From: Chromera velia
Lineage: Eukaryota
Assembly (NCBI GenBank): GCA_018398765.1
Contig: JAHBMJ010000377.1
Coordinates: 1-64,000, forward strand
Reading direction: 5' to 3'
Length of the DNA: 64,000 nucleotides
Shown here: positions 56,776 to 64,000 of the stretch, one piece after another
How the letters are laid out: each line of letters begins with the position of its first letter
Position numbering within the stretch: the stretch's first letter is position 1
Notes under the pieces: generated by a model
What the model was told of the DNA's origin: nothing
Databases searched by the model: none
The model's input: the letters and a program-made list of their open reading frames with translations, nothing else
Translations under genes and position numbers: made by a program

Positions 56776-57092
56776 TCTCTGCATGTCTCCACTCATCCAT
56801 CCATCCATGCATGTATTCTGAAAGGCAAGGAGAGGGAGAAAGGACAGCAGGGGCATGAGGGAGGGCCTCGCGAGTTGCGACGAAACAAGAAGAGAATCTG
56901 CATGGCCGGGGGTCAAATCATAGAGGGAAAAAAGAAAGAAAAGTAAAGGAGAGGGAAGGAGGCGAAAGCAGGTGCAACAAAAAAAAAGATTAACAACGTG
57001 ACGATCATGAAAGAAAAACAAAAACCCAACGAAGGTCGATCGATCACTGATATCCCCCCTTGAACGTCTCCGTCTCTCTGTCTCTGTCTCTT

Positions 57093-57141
<49 letters not shown>

Positions 57142-58011
57142 GTCTGTGTCTCTCTGGATGACCCGGCCAGCTGAACGATGGACGAAGAGCGATGGAGTGA
57201 CTTGCATGTACTTGTTTGTCTCTCCCTGCCTCCCTCTGTCTCGAAATGTTGAAAGAAAAACAGCGTTGGGATTCACTTCCCCTCGCTCCGTTCCTTGCAA
57301 TGCGGGATGATGTGCACACATAAATAAATACTGACTGGTAGTCAGGATCGGAGGGGGCGATCTGGCTGTCATGCAGTGAAGGGAGTGGACATGAAGGGAG
57401 AGCTGTATGGGGCAGCAACCTGAATAGGGGGGTGTCTGTTCTTCTCCTTTCTTCCCCCTTAATTCTTTTCATTGTTGTTTTCTTCTTCTATCTCTTTTGT
57501 GAATGATGCATGCAGCCAGCTGTCTTCTTCGATCGATCGTTCTTCAGGCTCTATCGATGCATCGTGGTGGAAAGGAAGAAGAAAAGAAGAGAACCATCGC
57601 ATCCAAACACCCATGGCGTTGGCGAAAAAGACGGCGAAATCCATTGGAGAATTCGAAGACGCGCGGCGGATAATTTAAATTTACCTCACACCCACTGAAG
57701 GGAAAGGAGAAGACTCATCCCATGGCTCCAGCTCTCTCTCTCCCTTCTGGCATGCATGCATGCATGCATGGTTCTTTCTGCCCTCCCTGTCCTTTCCTTT
57801 CTGTACAAAGAAGAAAAAGAAAAAGGAAAGCTCATCTCAAAGCATCGCATCAACAGGAGAGGCTCAGGTCACCGTGTCCACCACACACACACACACGCAC
57901 ACAGCGCATAAGAGATCGATTAAAGATTGTTCGAACCCACGCTGGCACTGCTCTTCGTCCGATTCGATTCCACTCTTTCCTCGAACCCGCATACGTCTCT
58001 CACACCACGAT

Positions 58012-58053
<42 letters not shown>

Positions 58054-59628
58054 CGCCACCGGCAACTTCTCTTGTCACCCATGTGCGCCGATCGATACAT
58101 CCACTGCCCGGCCGCATTGGCAAAGAAAGAAAAATTCGATCAAATCGAGAGGGGGTGGGTGGGTGTGCTGAGTGCATGGGAGCGATGGAGGCGAATCAAG
58201 CGAGGTACAGATGCGGAAATTAATTACGCAGCTGACCTACTCGGTCTGCAAGGAAAGCTGTAGAAAGCGAATTGACTGAATTGGGGAGCCGCAAGTGATC
58301 ATTGGCTGCTCAAGTCAACTAGCTCAAGCTTGTCCTTCCGATTGAATGGTCGTCTGTCTGCATTGAGTACACCGAAACCGCTCTGCATCCTCTAAAGTGC
58401 ATCCTCCATAAGAGATACTTAGCAAATCCCGAAGTCGGAAGGAAGAGAGTCGAGTTTGAGGTCGCACGAGCGAGAGAGCTAGCAGCGAGAACAGTAAACA
58501 GAACAGAAGGAAAAGGCGGAAGAAGAACAGGCTAGACGCTAGAAACAAACTTTAAGTCAATGCCCCCCCCAAAAAAATCCTCCTGAGCCTCCTCAACGGG
58601 CGCTGTCGGGCCTGACCCATAGCTCGACATACAGCTTGCCTCAACAAAACTTCACTGGCAGTATCACTGTTTCAAAAACTGGCAGCTTGTTTTTCATGTA
58701 TAAGCTATATATAGAAATGTAAACTAGAATAAAAAACATGAAATAACATTCAGTTTGATCTAAAAATCTTAACTATTTCCGGATCGAGGATCTAGGGTTG
58801 GTAAATGCTGTCAGTGCCGAATGTCAACATTTGTAATACCTCTAGTGCCGACATCTGCATTTGAAACGCCGGCGGTATTTTGTAGCCAAAGTGGCATTTA
58901 GTGTGCAGTATATGGATATCAATGGATTAGACGCGCAAAACGTGCACGTAAAAAACGTTTATTTTCGTGTGCGTATGCGTTTTTTGCATGCATGCACTTA
59001 ATTGGTATTAAATTTACATGCATGTACATGCATGCATGCATACATGCATGCATGTGCATGAATTAAATTTTTAATGTGGCCCGATCGATTGAGATGTCTC
59101 TCTCATACTGCATGTGTGTATCAATATACAATGATTGATCGAAAAGTTCATCGTGAGCTTTTAATTGTCCACTCATCGTGCAATCCGTCCATTGTATACT
59201 TAATCTATTCATCTCTCCTTTTTCCAGTGACACAGAAAACTATATAGAAAAGGAATAGAAAGTGTTAATGAAAATCCCAGTAGAGCAGCTTGATCGACTG
59301 TTTACCCTGGCATGGTCGGGGAATGCTTAGTTTTTCAACAGCATAGAGAACGAGTGGTTCCAAACAGGCATCACCTCTCTAGCGATTGCCTCCCCAAATT
59401 TGTTAAAGAAATCAAACAGGTATTGTCGCAGCTTCTTGATGGTCAGTTCATCTAGTTTGGCAACTTTGGTATACTTTTGTCAAAGATTGATACTGTTGGT
59501 CTAGGCAAACTATGAAATGTCGGCACTGTATTGAAACATAAATGTCGTTGTCGATCAGTGCCGTTTATACGTTTAATGTCGATAACAGCATTTATCGCCT
59601 ACGTCATTTACCAATCCTATGAGGACCT

Positions 59629-60113
59629 ATAGGCGTTGCCAAAAAAAAAAAAGAAGATCCCTCAAAACCCTTTACTTTTTTTTTCTTTTTCAGTCAAACA
59701 CTAGGCGCCGGCTAGAGAAAAAAAAAAAAAAAAAGATCCCCCAAAACCTTTTACTTTTTTTCTTTTTCTTTTTTTCTGTATCAGTCAAACAACTGTTGTT
59801 CAAGTGTTGTACAAGTGTTGTTTATGTGTTGTACAACTGTTGCTAAGTGTTATTCAGGGTTGAAAAGTAAAAAAAAAAAGGAAAAAAAAAAATCTCCTCA
59901 AATCGCTTATTTTTTTTCTTTTTTTTTTTCTCTAGCCGGCATCTAGGTCAAACAACTGTTGTTTGAGCGTTGTACAAGTGTTGTTCATGTGTTACATAAA
60001 TTTTAATTGTTAAGTGTTATTGATCGAGGTTCAAAAAGTAAAAAAGAAAAACAAATCTCCGCTGATCATGAACGCTAGTCTGAACGCTTATTTTTTTTCT
60101 TTAGCCGACGCTA
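59629..60113. mobile_element. Older, degenerate MITE family A copy split by the nested insertion
   Basis: Left half TAGGCGTTGCC-polyA-GATCCCTCAAAACC...CAGTCAAACA and right half ACTGTTGTT...TTTAGCCGACGCTAA are colinear with the intact element. Confidence 0.75.
59701..59946. mobile_element. MITE family A copy nested within an older copy of the same family
   Basis: TIR CTAGGCGCCGGCTAGAG...CTCTAGCCGGCATCTAG. Perfect 8-bp TSD GTCAAACA (59693-59700, 59947-59954). Confidence 0.9.
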
Positions 60114-60628
60114 AAGCCGACACATAGTCAAGGATTGGCCTCCCGCTCAAATCTCTAATGTCCGACCTAGTGTTTGACGTGCAACTTCTCCCTCAGCAGG
60201 GAAAGCACCTAAAAGACATTAATCAATTGTACACTAGATATATAATATCATATTGCTACTAGTATAGTCACACTGGCACCCTGCAAAGACCTATAGGAAT
60301 TTTAGTAGGAATTGATTATGACTCCGAATTTAAACAGGAATTGAAAGGAATTTAAATAGGAATTTGAACGAACTATTGATCTAGCTATTGATAAAGTACT
60401 CATATTGCCAGTGTCAGACTAAAAGTCATATTATAATTAATTATAGTGACAGTATCATTCAACAGACTTACAACAGTTCTCTTATATTCTCTGATATAGC
60501 AATCCCTTGCTATATAATCCTTCAGACAGCCATCTTGATTTTTATTCAGAATTTTTCTTCTTGCGTCTTGCCGGTCTTTCGCGTGACCATGCATGCAAGC
60601 AGCTAGGCAAGCAGAGAAGTAAGATTTA

Positions 60629-63600
60629 TCACCGAAAAAATGCAGCTGATGGATGAAGCACCTCATGTAGAACATAACCAAACTGCAACGAAAGGAGTGA
60701 ACGAAAAATCTTTAAATACACTGGATTTTTGACCCAACAGACTACAGTTTTTCTAGCAGTTTTCACCAGAAAACGAAAAGGTGTACACAGAAAGAAAGGG
60801 GAAAACCGTGGTCCTCTTTCCAGCCAAACCAACCCACCGCTCTCCCGTGGAAACGTGTAGGGAAACGTTCCAATGGTTTGGTCCCTTTCGCTGCCGACTT
60901 TCCTCTTATGACTTTCAAGTTAGAATCTAGGCTTTCCCTCCCCGCCCCCACCCCCCCAACTGCTTTAATTGAACTCCCTAGTAAACTCCCCCCCTGCAAA
61001 GCGCATATGCACGATCTTGATATGCCCTAGGAGTCTCATCGATCAATCCATCAAAGGAACAAAGTCGTGAAGTGACCTCAGCAAGAGGAAGAAAGAAAGA
61101 GATGTAAACGAGGGCATCGTATACATACTGTCTCCCTCACGCTCTCGCTGTGCAGAGTTACGAATTGTCCACGGTACTTCAAAAACGTCAATCCGCCGCT
61201 TCACCCCCTGCCCCAATTCGTAGATCAACAAACCTTTTCAAACGATTTCAGATCTCTCCTTTCTCATTCTTTCTTTCTTTCTCTCTTAATTAAAATTTGC
61301 TTCATTCGATCCCTCATTCGATGTCCTTACGTCAACTATGGCGCTCCCAGACCAGAGTGACAATGTTCTCATGGGCCAGAAAGACCCCGGCAACGGGCCG
61401 GGGCCCCTTCTCTGCGGCCTTTCTGGTACTCTCCCCACTCTGCGATGGGGCGTCAAAAAATCCCACCTTTCCTTTGGGGGCCTCTGCCGCTTTTGGCGAA
61501 GCCATGAACAGATTATTCCCCTCTGTGTTCTCATCAACGTGCAATTGGTTTCCCTTTCCCCCCCTAGCCTCAGCCAGAGCACCCTCGTCCTGGTAGAACC
61601 CTTGGGCGATTCTGCCCTCAATTGAGTGCCGCCATGCCCTCAGGGCCTCCCTCTGACCCGGCTCAGGCCTCTTGCCTGGCTGCCACCAACTGAGGAAGCG
61701 ACAGGCGCCCTGGGTCTCTGAGAAGAGAAGCTCGGATTTGTCCAGGTAGTTTCTCTGCCTGAAAGGATCCCCGGAGATGATCTGCATTTAATTATTCGAG
61801 GAGTGCATGGATAGGAGAGGACAGACACGTTTGTGAATCGAATCCTTGCACTGCCAGCTCGATCGAATTGAAGGACCCAGAAGAGAGGAACGAGAACGAA
61901 GCAAGCAAAAGTATGCACAACAAACTTTAAGAATGTACACTTACTTTCAGTCTGACAAACGTGAGAGCTAGGCACTTATGAATGAAGAAACAGTTTTCTT
62001 ACTGAAAGAAAAGACACGCAAGGGAAAGAAAACTCAGATCCAGGCTCAGTCGCAAGAATGAGTCGGACACAGATTTAATCAGATTCCCTCGAATTCACAA
62101 AACTACAATGCATACACTAGCTGTCTACATACATGGGCGCCCGCCCATTCGGCTCTCTCTACTAACAGAGACCAACAAAGAGGAAAGAAAGCCCACGTAC
62201 CTTCGCACGTCTGCCCTCCCCCTCAGCAAAATCGATCAGACGCACCAGCCCTCCGTTTCTCTCACTGATCGCTATGCGCCTTCCCATTTCGTCTGCCGCA
62301 AGGCCCATTGGCACGTTCAGTCTGACATCCTGAATATTCGCTTCCAAAACACGCCGCCGCTCCACGGCCTCCTTCTCCTTCCTCTTCTGTCTTGCCGTCT
62401 CTGTCTCTCTCGCCCCTGCCTCATGCTCTCTGATGCCCCCCCGCATGATCCTGGTCCTGTTCATAATGGCAGAAGACTGCTCACCTACCTCCCCTGCCCT
62501 GCCGACTAAAGTCTCGAAGGAAAGAATCATCGAAACGGACTTGAGGGCAGAAGAGGAAGAAGAGGAGGGCACATAAGGTTTCAGTCGGACCAAACGGACG
62601 CAGTGCACATCTGCTTCTGCGAAAATGAGACATTCTGAAATCCCAGCAGAAGCAGCAGACGACTTGCTGCTTGGTTTTGTGTTTGATGAGCCAAAGGGAG
62701 ACGCTCGGAGTGCGCTTCGAATTCTCTCCTCCGACTCCTGCCGGAAGTCCGGACAGACGACGATCTGCTGGGGTAAACCAATCCGCACTGCCCCCTTTTC
62801 CGCATTTGTTGATGTTTTGCCGCTTCTGCTGCTGTCACTGTTTGTAGTGCCACATCCAGGTCTTCCAGGGACACCGACAACGACAGAGACTGACAGGCTC
62901 TCGTCAGAGACCATTCTTCGGATGCAATTGTTTCCTGTGTCTGCAAGAAGACATACTTACTTGTGGACAATCATAAAACAAAACAAAATAAAACTTGTGA
63001 CAATGGAAAAGGTTGTGCACGGACTGCCAGACCGAAGGGGAAGAAGACACTAATGCCAACAGAGACTGCATGGATGAAACAGAGAGAGCAAAGTTGCATG
63101 ATATCAGGCTTAGAGATTTGGAAACAGGACAAGAATGAGGGAACTAGCGAAAGGACACCACAAAGCGCAATCAAACAAAGGACGGATTGATTTCTCGATC
63201 GCACCCTCTTTTGCCCATGCACCTGAAATGTAGAGGTTTCCGCTCAGGTCAAAGGCGAGAGATGAAGGAAACTTCAACCGCACCTGCAATTAATCGCCCG
63301 GACAGGTGCTAGGGCAAATACACAGAGAGAGATGCATGCGGAGAATTAAAGAGAGACAGGCACCTTATTTCTTTCATTCTCTGACCCTATCCCTTTCCCC
63401 TTCATGTCAGGAAGGTCACAGTGAAAACACCCCACTCAAGGATATTCAAGGATGGACCAACACAACGCGAAGCGACTTGCTGCAGCTTATGCTTATGGAA
63501 CCAAGTTGACGCACGCATGGGCATGCAGAGTGACTGGCCTGAACCAAACCCGAATGAATGAAGGATTACTTCTTGCTTCTCTCTATTTGTTCACGTACTG

Positions 63601-63884
63601 ACTTACCTTTGAAGCTGGGACATTCTGGTTCTGCCTGACTATCTCCTCGTCCTCCACCGGCCCCTTTGCAAGCACTGCCGTCTTCAGTGCGTCCTGCTCA
63701 TTCTCCGCTTCGACAGAATGCTCTCCTTCGCCCCCCTCGTCCCCGTCTCCCGAGGGGGAAGGGGCAGACAGGCCCTTGTGCTTCCTTGAGATGATGGTGC
63801 ACAGCGAGGCAGCACGGTCAAATTCTGGAGTGACACCGTCAGAGGCGGAGACCGGAAACCGGAGGACCCGAATGGCGTGGTTGC
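60629..63884 (-). CDS. NHL-repeat (beta-propeller) protein, partial; 5' end lies beyond the window and 3' exons are uncertain
   Basis: Exon 63884-63607 starts GNHAIRVL and joins exon 62940-~62200 as DTGNNCIRRMV. Further NHL-like motifs are FAEADVHCVRLV, LVGRAGEVG and RLNVPMGLAADEMGRRIAISE. Further exon-like segments run from ~61780 to 60629. Confidence 0.7.
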
Positions 63885-64000
63885 CTGAACAAGGAGAAGA
63901 AGAAGAAGAAGAAGAAGAAGAAGAAGAAGAGGAGGAGGAGGAGGAGGAGGAGGAAGGGACGAGACGGTTGGAAACAGAGAGAGAAACAATGAGACTGGAA

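Noticed and set aside
59280..59490. Protein-like minus-strand fragment (KLDELTIKKLRQYLFDFFNKFGE)
   Set aside because: Short, interrupted by stops and with no recognisable motif. It cannot be assigned without a database search.

Overview
Intron-rich eukaryotic nuclear DNA with GT-AG introns full of CA, GA, CAGA and CTGA microsatellites and abundant TGCATGCA motifs. This style suggests a chromerid or apicomplexan-relative alveolate, which is an inference only. By hand-splicing I find about 11 genes or pseudogenes in strictly alternating orientation: a partial RING-like zinc-finger gene (-), a small coiled-coil gene (+), a multi-pass membrane protein (-), an 8-exon SDR (+), a '3-methyladenine glycosylase-like' protein with a signal/transit-like leader (-), a decayed pseudogene block (+), CLN3/battenin (-), a degenerate PNK 3'-phosphatase-like gene (+), a large STE20/GCK-type kinase ending in a villin-headpiece-like exon (-), a secreted Cys-rich protein (+), and a partial NHL-repeat gene (-). 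Head-to-head pairs share GC-rich, TGCATG-containing upstream regions. Tail-to-tail gaps hold AT-rich transposon islands, including four hAT-like TIR elements with 8-bp TSDs, one of them nested in an older copy of its own family. The most unusual signals are recurrent tandem duplications of splice junctions (up to 7 copies of one 3' splice site in CLN3), the kinase-headpiece fusion, and C>T/G>A decay in repeats and pseudogenes. All gene models are manual and unverified by RNA data.
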